Source of the DNA: Bacillota bacterium
GTDB taxonomy: Bacteria; Bacillota; Ch66; Ch109
DNA length: 64,000 bases
Reading direction: 5' to 3'
Assembly: GCA_050952625.1 (NCBI GenBank)
Contig: JBMNLH010000001.1
Coordinates: 960,001 to 1,024,000, forward strand
A model generated the notes under the pieces. It worked only from the letters and a program-made list of their open reading frames with translations, made no database searches and was not told the origin of the DNA. Position 1 is the first letter of the stretch, and every line of letters begins with the position of its first letter. The translations under genes were made by a program, and so were the position numbers. Below, piece by piece: positions 28,548 through 39,001 of this stretch.

Positions 28548-28918
28548 GAATTGTTTGACATCGGTAAAAGTTTGAACGGTTTATTACAAGAATTAGCGAT
28601 GAAGGTTAATCGGAAATTAAATTTTTCTGTTCTGATAGTGCTGTCAAGCAGCATGAGGGTCTCCTATAGAACTAAGCAAGCAATGGTCAGCCGCCGGGTT
28701 GGCCATTATTACGTAAAATACTGTTTTTTGGTAATAATATGATATGCGATAGAAGTACTATTATTCAATTGAAAAGGTATTCAATAGAAAAGGCTGAGGT
28801 TTACTAATCGTATGCATAGCGTTTAGACAACTAGTGGACAATAATTTCAGGAAGCGATATTATGGTAATCAACAGGTATGAAGGAAGGGCCTGGAAATAT
28901 GGTTCGAGGTGAAAAGTA

Positions 28919-30379
28919 TTGATCGGAAAAGATGGATTAAAAGAAATACTATCAATCGCTTTGATCAACGGCGGAGACTTTGCCGATATCTTTTTGGAGC
29001 GGCGCCGGACAAGTATGGTTTTCTGCGAAGATAATCGGATTGAGCGAGTGAATACCGGTTTGGATGTTGGAGCCGGAATCAGGGTCATTCAAGGGGACAA
29101 CACTGCTTATGCCTATACCAATGATCTGTCCCTGACCGGCCTGAATGAGGCGGCCCGGATCGCTAGTCATGCGGTGCAGGGTGAGAACCGGGATTTAACT
29201 ATTGATTTAAGGACTGTCACGTCGCCAGTTGAACTAATAATTGAGGAAAGGCCCGATTCAGTGGCCATTGACCGTAAAGTTGAGGAAGTAGAGCGGGCCA
29301 ACCGCACCGCCCGAGCCGTCGATCCGCGGATCAAGCAAGTGGCTGTATCTTATGGCGACGTGGTGCAGAACGTGGTTGTGGCTAATTCCGAAGGAAGCTA
29401 CGTCGAGGACGAACGGATTCGGACCCGTTTTGTGGTCAATGCGGTTGCAGCGGAGGGATCCTTGATTCAAACCGGCTATGAGGCTGTTGGGGGCCACGTT
29501 GGTTATGAGTTGTTTAAGGAGAAAGGCATGTCGCCGGAAGCAGTCGCTAAGGAGGCTGCCCGCCGGGCAATCCTGATGTTAGGGGCCAGACCGGCTCCGG
29601 CCGGTCGGATGCCGGTCGTGATGGCCGGGGAAGCTGGCGGCACGATGGTGCACGAGGCCTGCGGCCATGGCCTGGAGGCGGATCATATCCAGAAGCAGTT
29701 GTCTGTTTACGCGGGTAAAGTTGGACAGCCGGTGGCTTCAGAATTAATTTCCGTAATTGATGATGCGACTTTGCCGGGTAAGTACGGATCCTATCGTTTT
29801 GATGATGAAGGGGTTCCGGGACAGCGGAAGGTTTTGATAAAAAACGGCATTCTCCAAGACTATATGTATGATGGACTGACCGCTCGCAAAGAGGGGCGGC
29901 CTTCAACGGGCAATGGTCGGCGCGAATCCTTTCATTACCGACCAATTCCCCGCATGACGAATACTTATATCAAGGCTGGCCAGGAGGCTCCGGAGAAAAT
30001 AATCCGTGACACGCGGCGAGGACTGCTGGTTAAGAAGATGGGTGGGGGCCAGGTGAATACGGTTAATGGTGATTTTGTTTTTGACGTTTCCGAGGGTTAC
30101 TTGATTCAAGATGGGGAGATTGGCCCCCCGGTACGCGGGGCCACCCTTACCGGCAATGGCCCGGAGACGTTACGCATTGTCGAGCGGGTCGGCAAAGATC
30201 TCGGTTTTGGGATCGGTACTTGCGGTAAAGATGGTCAGGGAGTCCCCGTTTCTGACGCGCAGCCAACGTTGGCGATTCGCGAACTGGTCGTTGGTGGAGT
30301 GGAGGTGCCGATATCGCCTAATGGTGAGATTTGTCGTTTGGAGCTTAAAGAAGCAAATCGATCGAGTTGGGACTGGTAG
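28919..30379 (+). CDS. tldD: TldD family metalloprotease
   Basis: HEACGHGLEAD, GNGRR, PRMTNT and CGKDGQ. Confidence 0.93.
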   Translation: MIGKDGLKEILSIALINGGDFADIFLERRRTSMVFCEDNRIERVNTGLDVGAGIRVIQGDNTAYAYTNDLSLTGLNEAARIASHAVQGENRDLTIDLRTVTSPVELIIEERPDSVAIDRKVEEVERANRTARAVDPRIKQVAVSYGDVVQNVVVANSEGSYVEDERIRTRFVVNAVAAEGSLIQTGYEAVGGHVGYELFKEKGMSPEAVAKEAARRAILMLGARPAPAGRMPVVMAGEAGGTMVHEACGHGLEADHIQKQLSVYAGKVGQPVASELISVIDDATLPGKYGSYRFDDEGVPGQRKVLIKNGILQDYMYDGLTARKEGRPSTGNGRRESFHYRPIPRMTNTYIKAGQEAPEKIIRDTRRGLLVKKMGGGQVNTVNGDFVFDVSEGYLIQDGEIGPPVRGATLTGNGPETLRIVERVGKDLGFGIGTCGKDGQGVPVSDAQPTLAIRELVVGGVEVPISPNGEICRLELKEANRSSWDW

Positions 30380-30474
30380 ATGTCTTTGTCGTTTTCATTC
30401 TCTATTTGTCCCGTCTGGTGGCATGAAGGTCAACTCTAGAGTGATGTAAAGGGCACAGGAAGGAGTAAGGTTCA

Positions 30475-31818
30475 ATGCAAAGTCAGCTTTCCCAGAGAGC
30501 TGTTGAAGTGGTGCACAGAGCTCAACAATTAGGCGCGGCCATGTCAGAGGTGTTTTTTGTTAATTCCAAGGTGTTAACAATCGAGGTTCGTGAACAAACG
30601 GTCGAGAATCTGAAGCTGGCCGAGGAACGAGGCTTAGGTCTGCGAGTGTTTAGGGATGGCCGGATGGGTTTTGCCTATTCTGCAGATTTAAGCCCGGAAG
30701 CTGTGGAAGAAGTCATCCTGGCGGCCTTAGCTAATAGTCGGCAAACAACAGTTGACGAAGGAAACTGCCTCCCCTCACCGGTTGCCGGTTACCCAGAATT
30801 AGACTTGTATGACCCAAGAATTCGTCAAGCGGAGGTCGAAGCAAAAATAGAACTAGCTAAAGAAGTAGAACGTGTCGGCCGCGAATATGATCCACGAATC
30901 AAGATTACGGAATCTGCTGGTTATGAAGACAGCGAGTATCAGATAACTGTAGCTAACTCGTTGGGGTTAAACGCTTCCTATAGTGGAGCCTATTGTGGAT
31001 TGTATCTAGTAGTGGTGGGTCAAGAGCAAGATGATAACCAAACCGGATTTGCTGTCCAGTATCGTTTGCGATATGATGAGTTAGAGCCAAATAAGGTTGG
31101 TCGTGAGGCAGCTGAAAAAGCGGTTCGCATGCTAGGGGCCAGGAAAATAGAGACCTGTCGCGTACCGGTGGTCCTGGATCCGTATGTCGCGACCAGCTTT
31201 TTGGGGGTGCTGGCACCAGCATTGACAGCGGAGGCGATGCAAAAAGGCAAATCTCTTTTTGCGTCCCGGCTGGGACAGTCAGTTGGTTCAGAAGCCATAA
31301 CCATCATTGACGATGGTACCTTGGCCAACGGTATTGCTTCTTCCCCTTTTGATGGCGAAGGGTTCCCATCGAGTCGGACGGTCCTGATCGATCGAGGGAA
31401 TTTGCAAACATTTTTATATAACACCTATACAGCAGCCCGAGATGGAGTGGTCTCTACCGGCAACGGGGTGCGGGGTTCATTTAAATCTACTCCCGAAGTT
31501 GGCACCACTAACTTTTTTATTCAGCCCGGATCTATTTCGCCGGAAAAATTAATCAGCGATATAAGTGAAGGGCTTTACATCACTGAAGTTATGGGGATGC
31601 ATACAGCAAATCCCATCTCTGGTGATTTCTCGGTTGGAGCGGCTGGTCTTTGGATTAAAAACGGCGAATTAACCACGCCGGTTCGGGGAGTGGCGATCGC
31701 TGGCAATTTGGCTGAACTGCTTCAGGCAGTTGAAGGAGTAGCGGATAACCTGACCTTTTTTGGCGGCAAAGGGTCACCCACCATTAGAATTGGTCGGATG
31801 ACGGTTAGCGGGGCTTAG
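30475..31818 (+). CDS. pmbA: PmbA/TldE family protein
   Basis: PFDGEG and NPISGDFS motifs, no HExxxH, paired with tldD. Confidence 0.9.
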   Translation: MQSQLSQRAVEVVHRAQQLGAAMSEVFFVNSKVLTIEVREQTVENLKLAEERGLGLRVFRDGRMGFAYSADLSPEAVEEVILAALANSRQTTVDEGNCLPSPVAGYPELDLYDPRIRQAEVEAKIELAKEVERVGREYDPRIKITESAGYEDSEYQITVANSLGLNASYSGAYCGLYLVVVGQEQDDNQTGFAVQYRLRYDELEPNKVGREAAEKAVRMLGARKIETCRVPVVLDPYVATSFLGVLAPALTAEAMQKGKSLFASRLGQSVGSEAITIIDDGTLANGIASSPFDGEGFPSSRTVLIDRGNLQTFLYNTYTAARDGVVSTGNGVRGSFKSTPEVGTTNFFIQPGSISPEKLISDISEGLYITEVMGMHTANPISGDFSVGAAGLWIKNGELTTPVRGVAIAGNLAELLQAVEGVADNLTFFGGKGSPTIRIGRMTVSGA

Positions 31819-31925
31819 CTTTTTTGGCCAGAAAGTAGTGATCTAATTATGATAAATCGCCCAATCGCTGCCCTTCGTTAAAACACTACGCAATTATATA
31901 ATACTCTTTCTCTGATGAAGGGGGG

Positions 31926-32420
31926 TTGCTTGTGCCTAAGATTCTGGTTCTGCATGGACCTAATTTAAATCTGCTTGGTCTTCGTGAGCCGAGTGTTTAC
32001 GGAACAACCTCACTTCAAGAGATTAACCGGTCCCTTGAAGAGGCGGCTAAAAGGGCTGGCTTGGAAATCGAGATCCTTCAGTCAAATCATGAAGGAGATC
32101 TAATTGATGCCGTCCACCAGGCCTTGGGACGAGTAGATTTTATTTTAATTAATCCGGGGGCTTTGAGTCATTATAGTTTCGCGCTGCGAGATGCCTTAAA
32201 GGCCGTAAACCTGCCGGCGATTGAGATTCATCTGTCCAATATTTATGCCAGAGAGAAATTCCGACATCATTCCGTAATTGCCCCAGTAGTATTAGGACAG
32301 ATTTCGGGTCTTGGCCCGGCTGGTTATCTGCTAGCCCTGGAGGCAGCTCGGAATTGGTTAAAAACCCATGAATCAAATAATGGCACCAAAGCATATCCTG
32401 ATACGAGTGAAATGTCTTAG
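31926..32420 (+). CDS. aroQ: Type II 3-dehydroquinate dehydratase
   Basis: HGPNLNLLGLREPSVYG, QSNHEG, INPGA and EIHLSN. Confidence 0.96.
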   Translation: MLVPKILVLHGPNLNLLGLREPSVYGTTSLQEINRSLEEAAKRAGLEIEILQSNHEGDLIDAVHQALGRVDFILINPGALSHYSFALRDALKAVNLPAIEIHLSNIYAREKFRHHSVIAPVVLGQISGLGPAGYLLALEAARNWLKTHESNNGTKAYPDTSEMS

Positions 32421-32669
32421 TCCTACATACTACTTAGGTAGCGATTCAGCACCATGGGAGTATACTATATTAAATATATTTTTGGATTCCAGGGAGAGGG
32501 GGATAATTCCAGCTAACCTTATGGCTGGTCAGCACCTATGTTAGGCTTTAAGAATTGTCATCATCGTAATCACAATCAAACTGTTTGTCTCAAAGAACAA
32601 CATTTGAAAGGTAATCTCCCCTCAAGGAGTGACCAGGGTATAGTAAACCCAATAATCAAGGAGTTTGCT

Positions 32670-33761
32670 GTGCCTGAGCTAAAGGATGTCTATAAAAATC
32701 GTCTCGACCAGTTTCGACAGCGAATGGAAGAGGCTGGTGCCGAGGCTTTGATAATTTTAAAACCGGAAAACCGGGCTTATCTGAGCGGTTTTGAGGGATC
32801 GGCCGGGATGCTGTTAATAACCAAAAATCAGGCATTATTGCTAGTTGATTTCCGTTATCTAGAGCAGGCGAAAAACCAGGCCCCTCATTTTGAGATTATT
32901 CAGTATCGGCAGCCCCTTAGTGAGACATTGCGTCGGGTTTTTCAAGAACTCAATCTGGAAATGGTCGGTTTTGAACGGGATTATGTAACTTGGGAACAAT
33001 ATGAAATATGGACCACCCGGTTAGGCGACCTGGTAGAGTTTATCCCTTTACCGGATCTAACTCAAAAACTGCGCATGGTTAAGGGGTCAGAAGAACTCAA
33101 GTCAATCATGGCAGCGGTGGCGATTGCTGATTCAGCCTTCTTAGATATTCTTCCCCTGATTAGACCGGGCTTTCAAGAACGAGAGTTAGCGGTTGAACTG
33201 GAATATGCTATGCGCCGGCGGGGAGCTCAGGCGATGGCTTTTGAAACGATTGTTGCTTCCGGGCCTCGTTCATCTTTGCCGCACGGAGCACCAACCGAAA
33301 GGGTACTTCAAGCCGGTGATCTGGTCATTATTGATTTTGGGGCAAAGTGTCAGGGTTATTGTTCAGACTGTACCCGGACCGTGAGTATTGGCTCCCCCAC
33401 TCCGAAACAAAGAGAGATATATGACCTGGTCCAAAGGGCCCAGGACGCTGCCTTAAAGGCGATTAGTCCAGGAGTCCCAGCATCGAGGGTGGATGCAGTG
33501 GCGCGCCAGATTATTAATGAACAGGGTTATGGGGAAACCTTTGGCCACTCTCTCGGGCATGGTGTCGGTCGAGTGGTGCATGAGGAACCAACGCTGATAA
33601 ACCGAGATCAAACTATTTTACAACCGGGTATGGTGGTTACGGTGGAGCCGGGGGTTTATTTGCCTGGCTGGGGTGGTGTGCGGATTGAGGACCTGGTAGT
33701 CGTGACTTCCTCTGGCTGTGAAGTTTTAACGCATTGCATTAAAGGCCTATCGATAACCTAG
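32670..33761 (+). CDS. Xaa-Pro aminopeptidase (M24, YqhT-like)
   Basis: DFRY, IDFGA..GYCSD.TRT, HSLGHGVG, VHE and EPGVY...GVRIED; GTG start after AAGGAG. Confidence 0.92.
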   Translation: MPELKDVYKNRLDQFRQRMEEAGAEALIILKPENRAYLSGFEGSAGMLLITKNQALLLVDFRYLEQAKNQAPHFEIIQYRQPLSETLRRVFQELNLEMVGFERDYVTWEQYEIWTTRLGDLVEFIPLPDLTQKLRMVKGSEELKSIMAAVAIADSAFLDILPLIRPGFQERELAVELEYAMRRRGAQAMAFETIVASGPRSSLPHGAPTERVLQAGDLVIIDFGAKCQGYCSDCTRTVSIGSPTPKQREIYDLVQRAQDAALKAISPGVPASRVDAVARQIINEQGYGETFGHSLGHGVGRVVHEEPTLINRDQTILQPGMVVTVEPGVYLPGWGGVRIEDLVVVTSSGCEVLTHCIKGLSIT

Positions 33762-33998
33762 GTTAATTCGTACCAGTTTGGCCCGCTGCAAGTTAAAACA
33801 TATGCCTAGTAGTTATCGGAACATGAAAAATTGATCACGCCGCGTTTTAACAAAGGGCAGCGATTAGTGCTCTGCATCACCCATTAATTTATTATCAGAA
33901 TAGCATATCCTATGGAAAAACGCGGTAACATGGGTTAAAATTAAACGGTGTAACGAGATAAGAACCGAGGTATGTAGTAAAAGGGGGCAGAAAACGGG

Positions 33999-34556
33999 AT
34001 GATTTCAACCAATGATTTTAGAACTGGTCTAACGATTGAGTTGGAAGGTGATGTGTGGTCAGTTGTAGAATTCCAACACGTCAAACCAGGGAAGGGTTCG
34101 GCTTTTGTTCGGTCGAAGTTGAAGAACGTTAGAACTGGAGCAATTATTGAACGAACTTTTCGAGCTGGGGAAAAAGTCCCCCGGGGTCGGTTGGACCGTC
34201 GACAGATGCAGTATCTTTACCAGGAAGAAGATAATTTTGTAGTCATGGATACCGAGAACTATGATCAAATAACCTTAAGTAAGGAGCAGATGGCTGATGC
34301 ACTGAAATGGCTTAAGGAGAATATGATTCTATCTGTTCTGTTTTTTCAGGGGACAGCCATTAATGTGGAACCGCCTAACTTTGTCGAACTAGAAGTAGTC
34401 GAGACTGATCCCGGGATTCGGGGTGATACTGCTTCCGGCGGCGGCAAACCAGCTAAATTAGAGACCGGGGCAATAGTTAACGTGCCTCTGTTTATCAATG
34501 TTGGCGATATAATTCGGGTCGATACGCGGAGTGGGAATTATTTAGAACGGGCCTAG
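33999..34556 (+). CDS. efp: Elongation factor P
   Basis: [16 protein letters not shown] and KPAKLETG. Confidence 0.98.
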   Translation: MISTNDFRTGLTIELEGDVWSVVEFQHVKPGKGSAFVRSKLKNVRTGAIIERTFRAGEKVPRGRLDRRQMQYLYQEEDNFVVMDTENYDQITLSKEQMADALKWLKENMILSVLFFQGTAINVEPPNFVELEVVETDPGIRGDTASGGGKPAKLETGAIVNVPLFINVGDIIRVDTRSGNYLERA

Positions 34557-34781
34557 CTCTAATTAATAAGTCAAATTAATATAGAAATCATCTGCAAGTG
34601 CGGCATTACTTAGTTGGATAAATAACCCAACTGGGTAATTTTTTTTGCGGGATTGTTTTGGCTCAATGATGACTATTTTTCGCTTAGCGTTATAGGATTG
34701 AGGTATAAAATTGCCGCCTAGAGGAATAATATACCTGGTGCACCCTGCCCGAAACCTTTAGTTTAAAAAGGGGGTTCTTTA

Positions 34782-35243
34782 TTGATGAAGGAACTGAAGG
34801 AAAGAGTTTCTTATTTGCAGGGACTGTCTGAAGGATTAGATGTTCAGAACAATACCCGAGAAGGCCGAATTATTAACGGTCTGATAGAAGTTTTAGGTGA
34901 CATGGTCAACAGTTTGGATGATTTGTGGGATGCCCATCGAGAACTTGAGACTTACATGGAAGCAATTGATGAAGACCTCTACGAATTAGAGGGGGACATG
35001 TATGATGGTGAATATGGGGATCTAGATGAAGAAGCTGTAGTTGAAGTGATGTGTCCGAAGTGTAATGAGCCGGTTTTTTTCACGCCGGATGTGCTTGAGG
35101 AAGATAGTGTCGTTGAAGTAACCTGCCCTACCTGCAATGAGGTGGTTTTTGTTAATGACGGCTCTTTCGACTTTCAACCGGAGGTAATAGAGCCAGATGT
35201 TAACAATGGAGAATCAAGTCGTACTAATATAGTTGATATTTAA
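34782..35243 (+). CDS. CD1247-N-like acidic protein with zinc ribbon
   Basis: KERVSYLQGLSEGL, CPKC and CPTC; typical neighbour downstream of efp in Clostridia. Confidence 0.75.
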   Translation: MMKELKERVSYLQGLSEGLDVQNNTREGRIINGLIEVLGDMVNSLDDLWDAHRELETYMEAIDEDLYELEGDMYDGEYGDLDEEAVVEVMCPKCNEPVFFTPDVLEEDSVVEVTCPTCNEVVFVNDGSFDFQPEVIEPDVNNGESSRTNIVDI

Positions 35244-35290
35244 TACAGTTCAATTCGGTTTCCTAACATATAAACTGTTCACCAAAGATT

Positions 35291-35317
35291 ACCGTGGGTT
35301 TTACTCACGGTTTTTTA
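35291..35317 (+). terminator. Rho-independent terminator
   Basis: ACCGTGGGT-ttt-ACTCACGGT followed by TTTTT. Confidence 0.7.
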
Positions 35318-35433
35318 TAGTTTCGCGACTTTGAAAAGACGTGGCTTTTGCTATTGGCCTAATAATCTCCTATAATATTTCCAGATTAATTATTCCGGTC
35401 AAATACGAATAGGATAATTGGGGGATTAACTGA

Positions 35434-37299
35434 ATGAGAATCCTGCTCACTACTTTAAATGCTCGATTTAGCCACTCGTCTCTTGCTTTGCGGTATCTGC
35501 GTAGTTATTGCCGGCCGGTGTTTCCTGAGCTGGATCTAGTAGAATTCACGATTAATGACCACCTGGACTCAGTCTTTGGAGAAATATATCGTTACCGGGC
35601 TCGTGTTGTTGGCTTTTCCTGTTATATCTGGAACATTGCACAGACCCTAGAGATCTGCGGCAAGCTGAAAAAGGTCGCCCCGGAGACTATTATCGTTCTC
35701 GGAGGGCCGGAGGTATCTTTTGACCCAGCGGAAATAATAAATGCTCATCAATATGTGGACTATGTGGTGATGGGAGAAGGCGAAGAAACATTTAAGGAAT
35801 TGCTTATCAGTCTTGAGGTAAGGGCAAATCAATCTATTATTCCTGAATTTAACCCATCCAAATTTAATATCTTGGGGTTAGCTTATCGCGCCGAAGGACA
35901 GGCGGTTGTTAATCCAGCCCGACCATTAATGCGGAATCTGGATCAGATTCCACCCGCCTATGGGTTACCAGAGGTTCCCCCTGCTGAGTTGTCCGAATTA
36001 AAAAACCGCGTTGTTTATTATGAAAGCTCCCGGGGTTGCCCTTTCGAGTGCCAGTACTGCCTTTCTTCCACTCAGCCTGGCGTCCGCTATTTTTCTCTAG
36101 AAAGAGTTAAGGCAGAATTGTTGGCTTTAATTAGAGCTGGCGTGGAGCATATCAAGTTTGTGGATCGTACTTTTAATTGCCATCGGGAACGAGCGCGCGA
36201 GATCTTTCGGTTTTTAATTGAGGAGATAGGTCGGGACGGTAAAACCAGCTTTCATTTTGAGATCGGGGCCTCCCTTTTAGATGAAGCTACTTTAGACCTC
36301 CTGGAAACTGCTCCAGTAGGCTTGTTTGAGTTTGAGATAGGTATTCAATCGACTAATCCCCGGACCCTGCAATACGTCAAACGAAAGAATGACTGGTCGG
36401 TGCTAGCCCCAGTAGTGCAACGCTTGACCAAAAACCAAAATATCCATCTGCATCTGGATCTGATTGCCGGATTGCCTGAGGAATCCTACCAGTCATTCAG
36501 ACAGTCTTTTAATCTGGTTTATGCGCTGCAACCTCACCTCCTTCAATTAGGATTTTTAAAGCTTCTTAAAGGATCAGGCCTTAGAGCCAGGACAGATAGT
36601 TTTGGCTGTGTTTTTTCGGATCAGCCGCCTTATGAGGTCCTGTCTACAGATGTTCTTAGCTTTGACGAAATTCTTCAATTACGGGCAATTGAGGATATAG
36701 TAGAAAAATATTATAATTCTCACCGGTTTCAATACTCCCTGCGTTTTTTATTAGCTTGTACTTCTCTGACTCCCTTTGACCTTTTTCAATCCATGGCTCT
36801 ATATTGGGTAGAAAGAGGCCTGCATCGGCAGGCGCATAGTACCAATGGCTTATTTGAGATTTTTCATCAGTATGTAGTTGCTAGTGGCACCCTATTTTTA
36901 AACAAAGAATTGTTCTCGATTTTTTTGGAGTTATTAAAATTTGACTATCTTCTCCAATCGCGAGGTGTCCAACCTCTTAGCTGGTTTCCCCGGCGTTTCT
37001 TGAAAAACCAAAAACAGCGGGTACATGCTTTCCTGGGATCAGAAGAAAAAATAACTCGACTATTGCCTCATTTTCGAGGCCGGTCAGCCCGGGATATTAA
37101 TAAAAAGGTACATATCGAAGTGTTTGACGTGGATGTGATAAAATTGATAAATTGGTTGGAGAATAATCAACTTAATGAATTTTCGGTCAATCAATCAGGA
37201 GTTTTTTTGCCAATTCTCCGCCAAACTACCGTTCTATTCGATTACTCCAGCTTAGTCGGCCTTCTGAAACGTCCATTTTGTTGTATGATAGAGCTATAA
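35434..37299 (+). CDS. B12-binding radical SAM protein (DUF4080-type C-terminus)
   Basis: FSCYIWNI, GGPEVS, RGCPFECQYCLS and HLDLIAGLP. Confidence 0.88.
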   Translation: MRILLTTLNARFSHSSLALRYLRSYCRPVFPELDLVEFTINDHLDSVFGEIYRYRARVVGFSCYIWNIAQTLEICGKLKKVAPETIIVLGGPEVSFDPAEIINAHQYVDYVVMGEGEETFKELLISLEVRANQSIIPEFNPSKFNILGLAYRAEGQAVVNPARPLMRNLDQIPPAYGLPEVPPAELSELKNRVVYYESSRGCPFECQYCLSSTQPGVRYFSLERVKAELLALIRAGVEHIKFVDRTFNCHRERAREIFRFLIEEIGRDGKTSFHFEIGASLLDEATLDLLETAPVGLFEFEIGIQSTNPRTLQYVKRKNDWSVLAPVVQRLTKNQNIHLHLDLIAGLPEESYQSFRQSFNLVYALQPHLLQLGFLKLLKGSGLRARTDSFGCVFSDQPPYEVLSTDVLSFDEILQLRAIEDIVEKYYNSHRFQYSLRFLLACTSLTPFDLFQSMALYWVERGLHRQAHSTNGLFEIFHQYVVASGTLFLNKELFSIFLELLKFDYLLQSRGVQPLSWFPRRFLKNQKQRVHAFLGSEEKITRLLPHFRGRSARDINKKVHIEVFDVDVIKLINWLENNQLNEFSVNQSGVFLPILRQTTVLFDYSSLVGLLKRPFCCMIEL

Positions 37300-37708
37300 A
37301 CACCAAATTGATTGCAATCTTAATTAGTAAATAAGATTTTATATTACGGCTTGCCATTGCTATGAATATAACCATTATTGGTTTTATTAGTTTATCATGG
37401 TGTGGTAGGATATTACCTATCGGGCATTAAGCCCGATAATCTGCACTAAACAAGAATAGTTTTTTATCCTTTATTTTTTATCCCTTAAGGAAAGTTTTCG
37501 ACAGTCTTAGAATAAAGTATAATAAGCACGGTAAGCCAGGGACCCATGGAGGATTAATTTTGGGACTATTCTCCCTAAATTATCCAAATGTTTAAAAAAT
37601 ACCTTGCCTATCGACAGAAATATTGGGTAATCGCAATGAATTTATGTTAAGCTCAGTCTTAAGTGAATAATTAAAGGGTATAGATTAAAGAGAAGGAGCG
37701 AACAAAGA

Positions 37709-39001
37709 ATGTCTGACTTTGAAATGGCGGTAGACCGAGCGGTTGAAACCAGAGAATTCAAGTCCGGTAAGTTGTACGCTCTCCCAATAAAAGATAAGAT
37801 TGATCAAGGCAAGGATAATTTTTTTTATACGATTGCGAATAACCTACCGGTTAGTAGTGTAATTGATAGTATGTCTGAGCCGATTCTTTTAGTAACTCAA
37901 AATAGACAAGTAACTATGGCTAATTCTGCGGCAATTGACTTTTTTGATCTTCCGCAAACTTATCCATTGCCGCCAATCAGTTATTCAGATTTAATCAGGC
38001 AGGTTTCCCCTGAATCGAATCAGCAGCAACTTGCAGAAATGCCCGTAAACAGAGCTTTACAAGGAGAAACGCTGTCATGTGTCCAACTGGCTCTTAAGCT
38101 TGCCAAACAAGCTTCAACTGTAGTAGAAATGAGTGCTGCCCCGGTTCGAGACGAGCAGGGCGAGATCGTCTGTGCTATCTTAGTAATTCGCGATATAACA
38201 GAACGGGTCTGTTTTGACCGGGCGAAGGATGAATTTCTTTCAGTCGCTAGTCATGAACTGCGCAACCCTCTCGCAGTGGCGCAGGGATTGATTCAGTTAA
38301 TCAAGATGCGGTTTAAGCGACGAGCGGAGATTGCCGAACAGTTGGGTGAGCCGGGGCCGGATCAAATATCTGTCCAACATTCGGAGTTGTTTGACTACCG
38401 TAAGGACCTTAAGCAATTAGATAGTGTTTTGCACAATATCAACCAGATGAGTCGAGTGATTTCGGATTTGATGGATGTCACTAAGATCGAGACCGGACAC
38501 CTGCAAATAAACAATCAGCCGATAAATCTTATCGAGTTGACGGAAGAGGTAACCCGAAGGATACAGGCGACCAACACGAAGCATCAATTGCAAAATATCA
38601 CGGATCTTAACCAATTTGTTAACCATGAGTGCTGGGTTTTTGGGGACTATTTACGCCTGGAACAGGTGCTAGTAAATTTATTAACTAATGCTATCAAATA
38701 TTCACCGCCGGGTAAGGCTATTTTGGTGAGAGTCGAAACCAGCGATAAATGGGCAGTTGTGTCAGTTAAAGATTTTGGAATCGGGATCTCCAAACAAGAT
38801 CAATCCTGTTTATTCCAACGTTTTTTTCGGGCCAGTAACGTTGATCGGCTTGAAAAAAGCGGTCTCGGTTTAGGCTTGTTTATTAGTGCCAACATTGTCC
38901 GGGAACACGGCGGACATATCTGGGTTGAAAGTGAACCCGGTTGTGGTAGCACTTTTTATTTCTCTTTACCTTTAGATGATGACCGGTTGACTGAATCCTG
39001 A
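37709..39001 (+). CDS. Orphan cytoplasmic PAS-domain histidine kinase
   Basis: PAS/PAC domain, H-box ASHELRNPL, N-box NLLTNAIKYS, D.GIG and GLGLGL; no TM segment; no adjacent response regulator. Confidence 0.9.
   Translation: MSDFEMAVDRAVETREFKSGKLYALPIKDKIDQGKDNFFYTIANNLPVSSVIDSMSEPILLVTQNRQVTMANSAAIDFFDLPQTYPLPPISYSDLIRQVSPESNQQQLAEMPVNRALQGETLSCVQLALKLAKQASTVVEMSAAPVRDEQGEIVCAILVIRDITERVCFDRAKDEFLSVASHELRNPLAVAQGLIQLIKMRFKRRAEIAEQLGEPGPDQISVQHSELFDYRKDLKQLDSVLHNINQMSRVISDLMDVTKIETGHLQINNQPINLIELTEEVTRRIQATNTKHQLQNITDLNQFVNHECWVFGDYLRLEQVLVNLLTNAIKYSPPGKAILVRVETSDKWAVVSVKDFGIGISKQDQSCLFQRFFRASNVDRLEKSGLGLGLFISANIVREHGGHIWVESEPGCGSTFYFSLPLDDDRLTES

Noticed and set aside
28551-28742. 63-aa ORF after thiC
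   Set aside because: No RBS and no recognisable similarity; probably spurious.
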